From contig CBDBLO010000002.1 in NCBI GenBank assembly GCA_965207075.1, positions 1,184,001 to 1,248,000 of the forward strand: DNA of 64,000 nt. The letters are read 5' to 3'. The position numbers and the translations under genes are program-made. Positions 30,731-40,997 of the stretch are shown piece after piece. A model generated the notes under the pieces. That model was given only the letters and a program-made list of their open reading frames with translations, was not told the DNA's origin and ran no database searches. Position 1 is the stretch's first letter. Each line of letters starts with the position of its first letter. The DNA comes from Nitrosopumilus sp. (GTDB taxonomy: Archaea > Thermoproteota > Nitrososphaeria > Nitrososphaerales > Nitrosopumilaceae).

Positions 30731-32125
30731 TCATGTGTCAGCCTTGAAATGATCGTCGACCCTGGCCCGTATGCGGTCAAAGTCGTCCGCCCCGTATATG
30801 GATCCGTCTTGGAACACCACGCCCAACTGGTTCTCGTACTTGGCGTGCTCGTCGTCGTCCCTCACGGTCAGGTATATGCCGTGCTCCCTGATCAGCTTCA
30901 GTCTGCCGCGCTTGGACTGTTTCGAGCGGTCGCTCCGGGGGTCCTTATACACGTCCCGGGTCTCGCCGTTGACGTCGGCCCAGTTGCACTTGATGGCGAA
31001 TTTCTGCGTGTCGCGGTTGCAGTCCTGCAGAAGTCCGCCGCCGCTGCCGAACACGAGGTTGTCCGCGGACCACCCCTCGTCCATTATGCGCTTGATTATC
31101 TTGGGCAGCGTGCGGTATGATATGCCGTCGCCCTGCAGTATGCTGACGTGCCCCAGCACCTTGTATCCCTTGCCGTTCACCGTATATCCGAACGCCTCGG
31201 ACAGAGCCTCAAGGCAGGACAGTATGCCGGCGGCTGGCTCCCCGGAGTCCGGCCTGATGACCAGGTTTCTTGACGTGTTCTCTGTTATCTCCTTATGCAG
31301 CTTCCTTCCGTATATCTCCCTGCAGGCGTTCGTTATGTCCCACGAGTCGCTTACGATGCTGACCGTGCCCGTTGGGAACTGGCTGAGTATGTGGCGGTAC
31401 GCCTCGTGTTCGCCGTCCCTGCCCCACATTGTAACCGTGGAATGCTCGGCAGCCGGGACAGACTCGCCGACCGGGACGGACGCGCCGTAGTGCTTGGACG
31501 CGAACCGCATGCCAGCGATGTTGTCAGAGCCGCGGAAGTTCAGCAGGTGAGCCGCGCCGCCGATGCCGGCCGACTCGAGCGACGAGCTGCCGCGGAAGCC
31601 GAAATCATGCAGCATGTGGGGCAGCCTGCCCGGGGTGCCGGACCTTTCCAGCGCCGCGTGCAGCGCCTTGCGCTGGTAGTACGATATGGTCGCGACGGTG
31701 CTGGGGTACCAGACCTGCAGCAGCAGCGTCTCCACGTGGTTTGTCAACCACGGCACTTCGGGGTCGGTGTTCTCCACGGTCAGCATTACGTCGCTGGTCG
31801 GTATGACGCTGCCCTCCGGCACGGCCCGTATGAGCAGTGGCAGCCTGCCGTCATGCACCGACAGTATACGCTCCCAACCCGCGCGGTTGAAGACGCCGGC
31901 GCCCATGTGGGACTCGACCAGCGCCTCGGCCTCGTCTATCTTTTCTCGCGTGACCACGGCACCCGCAAGGTGCTTCTCCATCAGATACCGCAGCCCGAAG
32001 AACACTGTGCGGGTGAACTCGGCTCCCAGCCGGGCTTCAAGGTATGATCCCATATACCTGAGCCCTGGCGGGTACATCTTGTGATGGGACATCTTGTAGC
32101 TGTCGGTGTTGAGTATGGCGTTCAT
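30731..32125 (-). CDS. nadV: nicotinamide phosphoribosyltransferase (NAMPT)
   Basis: TDSYKMSH, HDFGFRG, PAAEHS, VSDSWD, VIRPDSG, QGDG, FGSGGGLLQ, KDP..K.SKRGRL. Confidence 0.93.
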   Translation of the reverse strand: MNAILNTDSYKMSHHKMYPPGLRYMGSYLEARLGAEFTRTVFFGLRYLMEKHLAGAVVTREKIDEAEALVESHMGAGVFNRAGWERILSVHDGRLPLLIRAVPEGSVIPTSDVMLTVENTDPEVPWLTNHVETLLLQVWYPSTVATISYYQRKALHAALERSGTPGRLPHMLHDFGFRGSSSLESAGIGGAAHLLNFRGSDNIAGMRFASKHYGASVPVGESVPAAEHSTVTMWGRDGEHEAYRHILSQFPTGTVSIVSDSWDITNACREIYGRKLHKEITENTSRNLVIRPDSGEPAAGILSCLEALSEAFGYTVNGKGYKVLGHVSILQGDGISYRTLPKIIKRIMDEGWSADNLVFGSGGGLLQDCNRDTQKFAIKCNWADVNGETRDVYKDPRSDRSKQSKRGRLKLIREHGIYLTVRDDDEHAKYENQLGVVFQDGSIYGADDFDRIRARVDDHFKADT

Positions 32126-32193
32126 TTTTGGTCGTTCCCCCACCGCTGCGGCTTCACGGTATCGTATCGCGGCATGCCGATAAAAGGCAAAGG

Positions 32194-32268
32194 CGAACCC
32201 GGCAGGACTCGAACCTGCGATCTGGCGCTCCGCGGGCGCCCGCACTCTCCGGGCTGTGCTACGGGTCC
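32194..32268 (-). tRNA. tRNA-Arg(GCG) with C33
   Basis: GGACCCG/CGGGTTC, arm GGCGC-CCGCGGA-GCGCC, GCAGG-TTCGAGT-CCTGC; starts 1 nt after the ligase stop. Confidence 0.9.
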
Positions 32269-32269
32269 A

Positions 32270-33325
32270 TCATGAATATTCAGTTCCACCACCCCTGACC
32301 AAATATTTCGGGCTCACGCTCTTGAGCATCACCCGTCCCTGCATGTCCGACCGCTCCGGCACGGGCCGCACTACCACGCCCTCGCGTACGTGGTCCGCCC
32401 CCGGTACGAGCGACGGGCCGGACGTATGTTCTTCCAGCGCCTCCAGTGAGAACGGGCCCTTGTAGGCCAACGGGGCATGTCTCAGCCTCAGGCCGCCTCG
32501 GACCAGGTCTATGTCCGACTGCGTGACGTACGTGCCGTCGGACAGCATGACGTCAAAGACGGCCATGTCAAGATCAGTCCCGTAGTGCAGGTCCTGCACA
32601 TCGCGGCCGTAGATCTCGCAGAACACGTGGACCGGCCCGTCGTCACCGTCCTTGCCGCGTGTTGCGCGCAGATCCTTGGTAATCGCGTACAGGTCGTGCG
32701 CGTACCGTCCGGCCATCCGCGTGTAGATGTTGTCCACGCCGTCGGCAAACACGAGCTGGGATGCGGCCCACCCCTTGCTGGACACCGCTATGGAGTCGTA
32801 CGGCCTGACCGCGCAGTAGCACAGCACGCCGTGCACCTTCTCGTGCATCGTGACGGGCTCGCCCTCCTGCAGCCTGCCGGGGTGGTTCTTGATGTTCTCA
32901 ACGTCGTATGACGCGAGTTTGTCATTGCCGCCGTACCGCACGACCTTGCCCCTCATGTCCGTGGGTATGACCGGCTCGTACTTTGTCACTCCGAGCAGCT
33001 CCGTGCAGTCGGCCCCCTCCTTCCATTTCCACCCGTCGAGTTGTTTGCCGCTGTATATCAGCCCCTGGGAGAGCACGCCGCGCAGCCGCTGGGCGCTCAC
33101 GCGGTTGTGCTTCTTCCCGCCCAGCTTGCCGACCAGCCCCATCTCCTCCAGTATCGATTTGGGGACGATCGCCTGCTCCGGTATGTACGCGGCCAGGTCG
33201 CCCGTCTTGTACATGCCCTTGGGCACGACGCACTTGTACCCCATCACCACGGCAATCTCCAGCCTGTCGGCCTCGGGGTGCTTCTCGACCTGCAGCCTAT
33301 GCATCTCTACTGCAAAGCTGGCCAT
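32270..33325 (-). CDS. ATP-dependent RNA ligase, DRB0094/Rnl5 family
   Basis: N-terminal HPEADRLE..SQGL OB module; motifs EKVHG, EIYG, FDV, EGVV, KSVS..YL. Confidence 0.9.
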   Translation of the reverse strand: MASFAVEMHRLQVEKHPEADRLEIAVVMGYKCVVPKGMYKTGDLAAYIPEQAIVPKSILEEMGLVGKLGGKKHNRVSAQRLRGVLSQGLIYSGKQLDGWKWKEGADCTELLGVTKYEPVIPTDMRGKVVRYGGNDKLASYDVENIKNHPGRLQEGEPVTMHEKVHGVLCYCAVRPYDSIAVSSKGWAASQLVFADGVDNIYTRMAGRYAHDLYAITKDLRATRGKDGDDGPVHVFCEIYGRDVQDLHYGTDLDMAVFDVMLSDGTYVTQSDIDLVRGGLRLRHAPLAYKGPFSLEALEEHTSGPSLVPGADHVREGVVVRPVPERSDMQGRVMLKSVSPKYLVRGGGTEYS

Positions 33326-33441
33326 CAGCTACCCGCCCCACCCACGGGTCCGAAATACGCGACGTAAAGCATGAACAACGCAAAGGCCACGAACATAACT
33401 ATGCATGCAACCGACAAGTTTGACCTCCCGCGGGCGGCCAT
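33325..33441 (-). CDS. 38-aa single-pass membrane peptide
   Basis: Read by hand: MAARGRSNLSVACIVMFVAFALFMLYVAYFGPVGGAGS; stop/start overlaps on both sides. Confidence 0.55.
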   Translation of the reverse strand: MAARGRSNLSVACIVMFVAFALFMLYVAYFGPVGGAGS

Positions 33442-33740
33442 TACGGATTACCCCGAAACTCATCACAAGAGCAAGGCATGGTGACTCCCTCGCCGCAGTA
33501 TTCGGCCTTGATGGATACGGTGCACTCACCGCCGCCTATCTTATGATACTCGTAGCCGTGGCCGCAGTCGCAGAGCGGGGACATTAGGTTGGCACCTCCG
33601 CGCTTATTGGTGCCTCCCCGACTGGTTCAAAAAACGACGCCGGGTTGGGTTCGTCCTCCACCAGCAGTATGAGTACCATCAGCCCACCCACTCCTCTGCC
33701 GAACCGTATTTTCCCATAACATCACCAATATTATCATATC

Positions 33741-33763
33741 ATTTATAAATGTTAGGTTATTAT
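33741..33763 (-). promoter_or_regulatory. motif promoter copy B (one arm only)
   Basis: ATTTATAAATGTTAGGTTATTAT identical to 49952-49974. Confidence 0.8.
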
Positions 33764-33880
33764 GCCCTGCGGTATTTCCAGCATACCCACGGGGCGGCGG
33801 TCTCGCTCATTGCACACACACAACGCGTTTGTACATAAGGCGCCGGCCTCCAGCGGACAGGCAGAATGACGCGTGTATGG

Positions 33881-34625
33881 TCATGGCGCGGACTTCTGCG
33901 GCCTTCGTATGATCCGCAGCCGCACGGCGCATTCCTCGCAGTAGATGTACTTTCGGATGCCCGGCCTAGAGTTCTTGCTCACCACGGCGGTCCCCGGAAA
34001 GCACTCCGCGCCGCACTGGCGGCAGTCCGTATGGTGTCCGAGACGGCGCCTGTTGCTGTACTTGGCCGTGTCCATGACAAAGCGCTTGGCGGGCATCAGG
34101 CGGCCGTCACCTCTGAAAGTTCGCACACGCCGAGCCGGACGGCGCACTCGGCGCAGTATCGCTTGCCGTTCAGGCGCCGGGGCTTGGAGACGGCGACGTC
34201 CCCGGGCGCGAACTCGCGGCGGCAGTTGCCGCATCCCGTATAGGGGGTGCGGCGTCCCGAGGCGTGCCCGCGCCTAGCGTCCGTCGCCTGCTGCCTGCGC
34301 CGGCGGCCGTCCTGCTGGTCCAGCCACTTCTGGCTGACGTGTATCACCGTGACCGGAGCCACGCGTCCACCTCCGAAGCGGTGCATATTCCAAGCCTCAC
34401 GGCGCATTCCACGCACCAGTGTTTGCGGTGCTTGCCGCTCGGCCTGCTCACGGCCAGGCTTCCCACGGACAGTTCCGTCCTGCATTCGCAGCACGCGGTA
34501 TACGGCGACTTGCGCCCGGCCGAGCGACTGCTCCGCATGGTGGCGTGGGCCTTGAGTTCCTTGTCCTGCAGGGTGCGCTGGTATGTCAGCCACCGGCGTT
34601 CTATGCGCATTATGAATGCCGGCAT
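33881..34625 (-). other. three tandem CAVRL-family Zn-finger CDS (33881-34096, 34096-34362, 34344-34625)
   Basis: CxxC..G..VS..CxECAVRL in each. Confidence 0.75.
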
Positions 34626-35037
34626 CAGGGGGGAGCCCCCTGCCTCGCCGCGTCCACAATGCGGCGGACCTCCTGCATGCTTTCCACGCGCCGCATGGAG
34701 AACGCGCCGGCGCGGTGCGGCTCGTAGAACGCGTGCTCGACGGCCGCCATCAGGGGCGTCCAGATGCCGGGAACCTGGACCGCCCTGTTGCGCGGCATCC
34801 CGGCGCAGCACTCCACGCAGTAGTAACGCTCGCCGGCTCCGTCGTAGTTGAGGACAAGCATGGTTATCGCGCCGGCGGCGTGGACGTCGCTCATCTTACG
34901 CCGCCTCCCTGTACGTGCGGCACCCGCAGGAGGGGCAGCCGCCGGGCGCCACGCACGACCCGCGGCACGGGCACCGCAGGCACTTCCGCTCGCCCATGTA
35001 GTGGTCGTCCCTGGGGCAGCCGCACATGCAGGGCATG

Positions 35038-35424
35038 TCAGCACCCCTCCTCCCCCGGGCGGTGGGCCAGCGTGTCCACGTTGCGGATGATCGGGTTCCC
35101 AACACCGCGCTTCCCCAGTTCCTCCCGCGCTATATCGCATGACTCTGGAAGTATCTCCATGTGCTCGATGCGGGCCGCCGTCTCGGGCGTGATGATCCCG
35201 GCGTCCATGCCGCGCGTGGTGAAGTTGGCCTCGCCCGCGAACGGGTCGATGATGTGGACGCGCTCCCCGTTGAGGCCATCGGCAACGCCGAACTCGGTCT
35301 TCAGGATGTGGTCTACGGAGTTCTCGATAAAGTCGATGAGCTCGGGCGGGGTGAACACCTGCACCTTTTTCTTGTCTTGGCGGGCCTTTGCGACGTCCTC
35401 GTCCGTGAGGGGCTTGTCCGTCAT
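35038..35424 (-). CDS. stand-alone N-terminal half of an N6-adenine DNA methyltransferase (type ISP-like)
   Basis: VFTPPELIDFI..ILKTEFG..VHIIDPFAG..EIL..DTL; no NPPY motif. Confidence 0.7.
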   Translation of the reverse strand: MTDKPLTDEDVAKARQDKKKVQVFTPPELIDFIENSVDHILKTEFGVADGLNGERVHIIDPFAGEANFTTRGMDAGIITPETAARIEHMEILPESCDIAREELGKRGVGNPIIRNVDTLAHRPGEEGC

Positions 35425-36002
35425 GTCAACACCTGCTGCCCTGCACCCCGGTTCTTCTGGGCGATCTCCTCCAGTATCTTTGTCCGCTTGGCCTCTATTA
35501 GCTCGCGTTCATGCTTGATTGCGTTATTGGTCATGCCCATGCGCGGCTCCCCCATGGCGGCGCTGCGGCGTTCGATTGCAGTCTTCTCGGCGTGGCATGG
35601 CTTGCACATCAGTTGCAGGCGTTCCTTGGCAAGGTCGGGGTTGCGTAGGTAGTACCTCACTATCGAATTAGAGTTTCCGATGGCCTTGCGGTCTACGGAG
35701 CCGTCCGACCTGATGTGGTCTAAATGTAGGTTGGACGTGACATGGCACACGACGCAGGAGCCGCCGAGCAGCTTGAGGATGTCGCGGCGCATGGCATAGT
35801 ACATCTTGCTCTTTGAATCCGCGTCGCATTTCTTGCACCACGTCTTAAGCCCGTGCGAGTTGACCTTGCTCTTGCTGAAGTGGTCGTAGGACAGGGTCAG
35901 CCCGCACTTCTTGCAGATGCGCATCTTGTTCTTGTCCAAAAGCTGCCTTTGGCGGCGCTTTAGATCCAGACTGCGAATTGCAATCTCGTCAAGCTCGCTC
36001 AT
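35421..36002 (-). CDS. HNH endonuclease-like protein with N-terminal Zn finger
   Basis: CKKC..WCKKC; LGGSCVVC..LHLDHI..LQLMCKPCHAEKT. Confidence 0.75.
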   Translation of the reverse strand: MSELDEIAIRSLDLKRRQRQLLDKNKMRICKKCGLTLSYDHFSKSKVNSHGLKTWCKKCDADSKSKMYYAMRRDILKLLGGSCVVCHVTSNLHLDHIRSDGSVDRKAIGNSNSIVRYYLRNPDLAKERLQLMCKPCHAEKTAIERRSAAMGEPRMGMTNNAIKHERELIEAKRTKILEEIAQKNRGAGQQVLT

Positions 36003-36523
36003 TTGGCGGCCTCCTGTTTTCTGCGTCGCATGATTGTAAGCCTTGCCCATCGACAGTCGTTGCACAGTATTTTGAGGTGCTTGACGGCCTGCTCCGGGCG
36101 CTTGAGATAGTACGCGTACCGCATCGAGGGGAACGTTGGAACGTCGGGGTTGTGTACGACCTGCGTGACATAGGCGCGACTGCTGTCTTTTATGGCGGTC
36201 TTGCAGATGTGGCATGTCGTGCCGCCTAACAGCGACAGGATTCCGGCGCGTACGCTGGAGTTGTGCCTGTGGGATTCCGCGCTGTGGCATTTCCGGCAGA
36301 TGTGCTGCAGCCCGTCTGCCGTGCGGCAGTGGCGCGCGAACTTCTCGCGGGGCAGTGGCTTTCTGCATCTAAAGCACATCTTCAGGTTGTTGGCGGCGGC
36401 CTGCCTCTTGATCAGTGTGGCCAGCTTTACCTGCAGTTCTAGTTCCCGCTGATTGATCGCGTCAAGTTCCTCCTGCGTGGTGATGTATCCGGGAGTCGGC
36501 TTTTTCTCACGGTTGGTGTGCAT
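35999..36523 (-). CDS. degenerate HNH paralog
   Basis: Same Cys scaffold (CFRC..CRKC, LGGTTCHIC..LKILCNDC) but DH and terminal H absent. Confidence 0.65.
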   Translation of the reverse strand: MHTNREKKPTPGYITTQEELDAINQRELELQVKLATLIKRQAAANNLKMCFRCRKPLPREKFARHCRTADGLQHICRKCHSAESHRHNSSVRAGILSLLGGTTCHICKTAIKDSSRAYVTQVVHNPDVPTFPSMRYAYYLKRPEQAVKHLKILCNDCRWARLTIMRRRKQEAAK

Positions 36524-37081
36524 TACGACATGTCCCTCCTCGGCTGGTATGACATGCATCCGCAGGACGACACCATGCAACGGCGCGTGCGCTCCATCGG
36601 CTTTGTCTGCTCGTGGGCGTCGGACGGGTGGCGGCACCCGCGGCATGTCGAGTCGTTGGCCGCCACGTTGCGGATTGCCTGCGCGCGTCTCTGCATTTTT
36701 TCGGCGATGTACATGGCTTTGCAGTCGCATATCATGCAGCCCTTTTGGTGGGAGGTTGCGGGGTGGCCGCACCCGTCGCATGTGACGCGTTCTGCCGCAG
36801 AAGGTATGGCGCGCTGGCGGTACTTTACGCGCTTCCTCATGCCTATGGCATTGAGGTGTCCTGTCTTCGGGTGGACGTCAGACCAGCGGGGCATTATCCT
36901 GTTGACACCTCCGGCATCCTGACCGGTCCCTGCCTTTTTTGAGCCTCCCACAGCAGGCACGTGCATATGACAAAGTCGCCCGCCTCGTTGGTGTCTATGT
37001 GGGTGCACCGCGGGCCTGCCTTGCCGAAATGCAAATGGATGCGTTCAAGGTGGCCGCAGCCGCGGCAGAACTTTTCGTCGA

Positions 37082-37567
37082 TCAGCCGGATCCTCCCCCC
37101 CGCTGCATGTGCTGCTCGAGCATCCCCCTGTACTCCCACGCCTTCTCCTGCATGGCACCGGGCCACGGCCAGTTGCCGCCGTCTGCTATGAGCTCAAGCG
37201 AGCCGCACTTTACGGAGCCGTCGGGCTGCCTGCCGAACGGCATCAGGCGGATGTCCAGCAGGTCGGCGTCCTTGCACCGTTCGCGGGCGGCCTTTACGGC
37301 GTCCCCGTTGATGTCGGCGCCGTATATCTCGACGCGTGCGGCGCCCCGGTCGCGGGCTTGGCGCATGCCCTCTGCCAGCAGTATGCCGGAGCCGCAGGCG
37401 GGATCGAATATGCGGACGCGCCTGCCCCTGTGGTCCTCGGCCCCAAACGTCATCCCCACGAGCAGCGTCGCCGCGGCGGAGGACGTATAGTAGGAGGCGG
37501 CCTCCTTGCGGTGCTCACTGTCACCGGTTTCGGGGTCGTACTTGACTGGCCTTTTTTCGTTTGTCAT
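37082..37567 (-). CDS. stand-alone SAM-binding half of an N6-adenine DNA methyltransferase
   Basis: RK..SYYT, IFDPACGSGILL, IYGADIN, GSLELI; no NPPY/F motif. Confidence 0.75.
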   Translation of the reverse strand: MTNEKRPVKYDPETGDSEHRKEAASYYTSSAAATLLVGMTFGAEDHRGRRVRIFDPACGSGILLAEGMRQARDRGAARVEIYGADINGDAVKAARERCKDADLLDIRLMPFGRQPDGSVKCGSLELIADGGNWPWPGAMQEKAWEYRGMLEQHMQRGGGSG

Positions 37568-38023
37568 TTCTTCACACGCCTCCGGGTGTCATTCCGGCTG
37601 CCCGACCGGGCGTAGCGGCCCTGGTGGTCGGTGCGCGGCATGACTGCCTGCGCGGTCTGGGTGGGCATCTGCGACGCGTCCTCCCCGGGCATGTCCATCG
37701 GGCGGCCGCACTCGACGCACTCCATGTTGGACGTCCAGCCCGTGCCGCCGTCGCCGGTGTCGCCGAACGTCTCGTAGTATACGGTGCCGCCGCACTTGGG
37801 GCACACTGGGGGCTTGGTCAACCCGCGGCCTCCTTCAGCATTTGCGACACGCTCTTGTGGTACGTGCGTATCCTGAGCTGCTTGCCGCAGCAGGGGCAGT
37901 GCCTGCCATCCCAGTCAGTCTGCATGTCACATGGGCGGCAAACCTTGGTTGCGCCGCGCCTGCGCTGGCCTCCTTCCATCAGCGTGCCGAGCGAGTATCT
38001 GTCGCATTTGCCGCGGCATGCCA

Positions 38024-38683
38024 TCAGTCCCGCACCAACCTGTTCTTGCGCGCGTGTCTGTTGTTGCCGACCGTCCCCCTTGCGCGGCGGGCGGCTATTG
38101 CGCGGTGTCCCATGCCGGTTGACGGCGCGGCGGCGTCGCAGCCCGTGCGGCGGCACGTTCCAAGGAGGCGGTAACATCTTTGGCAGTACGACCCCGGTTC
38201 CTGCTCCGCGCGGCGGCGCATCTCGGCCACTCCGCCGTCGCTGACCCCAAGGCCGCGGGCGGTGCGCCGCGATACTGTGCGCTGCGACCTGACCTTGCCT
38301 ACGGTGACATGCTCGCGGGCGGCATGCACCTGCAACCGCTCCCTTGTTTGTTCGTCCTCGGGACGGGCGGAGTATATCTCGCAGGCCAGGTGCTCGGGGG
38401 CCACGCACGTGGTGTTGCGGCACGATCTCGTTATGGTGGCGCCGGCGGGGGGCGCGTGTCCGCGCCACGCCCTGAACAAGTGCGGCAGTATGCCGACGCG
38501 CTTGCCGCCGATCTTGGCCTCCGGCTGTCCCTTCTTGGACTTGCCCGTCCAGGGGCGGCAGCCGTTCTTGTCGGCCGCGCCAATCGCTCCGCGCCGCAGC
38601 ATGTCGCACGCCCGTTCGCGTACAGCGGCGGTCGCGGGATCACCGGCGGCCTCGGCCAGCCTGCCGTAGGTCAGGGGTGGCAC
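38024..38683 (-). CDS. degenerate phage-type HNH (His-Me finger) protein
   Basis: GCRPWTG..G..CRNTTCVAPEHL scaffold; TRSC in place of the usual xHxC. Confidence 0.6.
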   Translation of the reverse strand: MPPLTYGRLAEAAGDPATAAVRERACDMLRRGAIGAADKNGCRPWTGKSKKGQPEAKIGGKRVGILPHLFRAWRGHAPPAGATITRSCRNTTCVAPEHLACEIYSARPEDEQTRERLQVHAAREHVTVGKVRSQRTVSRRTARGLGVSDGGVAEMRRRAEQEPGSYCQRCYRLLGTCRRTGCDAAAPSTGMGHRAIAARRARGTVGNNRHARKNRLVRD

Positions 38684-38747
38684 CCCCCGCCGTCAGGGCC
38701 GTGGACGCCGGCGCCATGGCCGCAGCCGGCGTACGCAGAGTCCCGAC

Positions 38748-39080
38748 TCACTGTGGTGCGGCCTCCTCTACTGCGTTCCCGTATACCGCGCGGGACTTGC
38801 GCGTCGCAAGCACCGCGTCGATGTCGGCCTGCGTGCAGATGCCCAGGCGGACGGCGCACGTGCCGCACCGGTACACGCGGTTCCTGCCCGACCGGCTCAC
38901 GTAGGTGTCGCCCAGTTCAAACTTGTGGCTGCAGTGGTTGCACGAGTCCCACGGGGCGGCGCGCACGTGCCCGCCGGTATGCGGCATGGTCTCGCGCTGC
39001 CTCTCGTGTTCGCGCTGCGTGGGTTGCTGCCGCGCAAGCCACAGCCTCGTGACGAGCCTGACCCGGAAGGAGGACGTCAT
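38748..39080 (-). CDS. CAVRL-family Zn-finger protein, copy 4
   Basis: CNHC..GDTYVS..CGTCAVRLGIC. Confidence 0.7.
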   Translation of the reverse strand: MTSSFRVRLVTRLWLARQQPTQREHERQRETMPHTGGHVRAAPWDSCNHCSHKFELGDTYVSRSGRNRVYRCGTCAVRLGICTQADIDAVLATRKSRAVYGNAVEEAAPQ

Positions 39081-40997
39081 GGGCCGGCCTCCGCAGTGGG
39101 GGTGTCGGGGACGGGCTCGATGTCCCTCCTGCGCGCGCCGCAATCAAGGCAGGCAAGGCCGCCAGCGCCGCTGTCGAGGTACCAGCGGTGCCCCCCGGGG
39201 CGTTGGCCGCAGGCCTCGACGGCCTTTTCGGTGGCGGTCTTCCAAGGGGGCGCCTCGGAGGGTGGAGGGGACTGCTCGCTGGCGGGCATGTGGCAGACGG
39301 TGCACACATCTTGGCCGAGCAGATCGCTGTACTGGTTTTTGTGTACTATGCACCTCAATGTCCGGACCTCCCGGCGGGACTGGAACCCTTGCCCTTACCG
39401 CGGCACCGCAGGCAGCACCCGCAGGGCCGGCTGACGCGCAGCACCCTGACGTACGGCCAGTGCCTCAGTGAAAGTTCCATTATCAGCGCGCGGTGCTCGG
39501 GCAGCCGCTCCGGGCAGTGCCTGCCCTCGTGGGCGGCGTGCCCGCAGAGGGAGCACGTCCTGCCGTTCCGCCCCGCCCCGCCCGGGCCGGTTTCTTCCGC
39601 CGTTCCGCCCTCTTGCGGCGGCGGGCTTATCCACCATCCGGGCTGCTCGGTGTCGGCCTCCGTCAGTATGTCGGTGCCGTCTGACGGGACGCCGTGCGGC
39701 GCGTCCGTTCCTCTTCTGCCGCGCCCCGCCGTCGCTGTGTCGTCGCTTTCTGCCATCCGATTCACTCCTTTCCCTACCCGCGGTTCTCCCGTCCGTCCCC
39801 GCATCCCGCGACGTGAACACCGGCGGCCGCAGTAGGCGGTACCGGTTCCCCCAACGCCCGCGTCAGGGACTGGCGGCACAGCGCGAGTATGCGCAGGTCG
39901 TCGTCCTGCAGCCCCTCGTACCTTTCAAACGAGGACATGTCGTTTCTCGTCGCGCGTATTATCCTGGCCGCCGCATGCACGGTGTCGTCCTCCTCCGGCA
40001 TTTCCAGCATGCCGGCCGCCCGCCTGAGTGACTTGGTGTCGGCGTGCAGGTGGTCCAGCGCCGCGGCGTTCTCCAGTTTGAGCTGCGTGCGGTTGAGCAT
40101 GTGCTCCATGCGCTCGACGGCCCTGCGCACGGACTTGGCGGCGTCGAACCTGCCGGGCGGCGACAGCATGAGCCACCACGGGAGCCGCCTCGGCCTTCTT
40201 GGCAGGGGGACGTACACTTGCATCATCTCCTGTGGCCCGGGCCCGGGTCCGCAATCCCCGCCCCGACGCGGGCCAGTTTTTCCCTCGTGTACGCGTCGGC
40301 GACATGCTCCTCCATGGTGGCAAAGGAGTTGCCGGCGTACTGGCAGGCGCCGCATTTGTAGATGTGGGTGGATTCCAACCCGCATACGGTGATCAGTCCG
40401 TACAGGTCTTGCCCAGTCGACACGGGCGTGTAATGCGGGGACGGCCGGTCCATCACGCGCCACCCTCCCCGGGCCCGCAGTTCTCCAAGTCCCACTCGCG
40501 GCCCTCGAACACCTCGTCGAGGGCGCGTATGTCGTCCTTCAGGCGTATGATGTGTGGGGGCATGTCGTCCACGCCGCATCTGGCGACCTGGGCGTGGCCC
40601 GTGCCCGCGCAGTTCTTGCGGGCGGATTCGGCAAAGTGCTCCACGTCGTCGAGCTTTTTGCGCATGCCGCTTACGGATGCAGTGATGCTGTCGCAGCGCT
40701 TCCCGACAATCTCATCCGGGTCCTCGACGGCCCTTGAACCGGGTCCGGCCGGGCCGTCAACCAGGACGGGCACCATGAACCGCACGCGGCTGAAGCCAGC
40801 GTTCAGGTCGCACTTGTCGCAGTCGCTGTCCCCCGGCGGGTCAGTGCACGTATCTGTGCTCTGCATCACCAGCATGTAGCCGCACCCGTTGCACCGGTAT
40901 GCGATGATCGTTTCCCGGCTGAAGCGCTCGCAGTACCAGCAGATGCCGCCCTCTTGTATAGACGCGGTGGGCAGCCCGCACCGCCTGCAGTCGGGCA

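Noticed and set aside
36894-37082. ATC start at a TGATC junction as programmed non-canonical initiation
   Set aside because: One case only; a point mutation or sequencing error is equally likely
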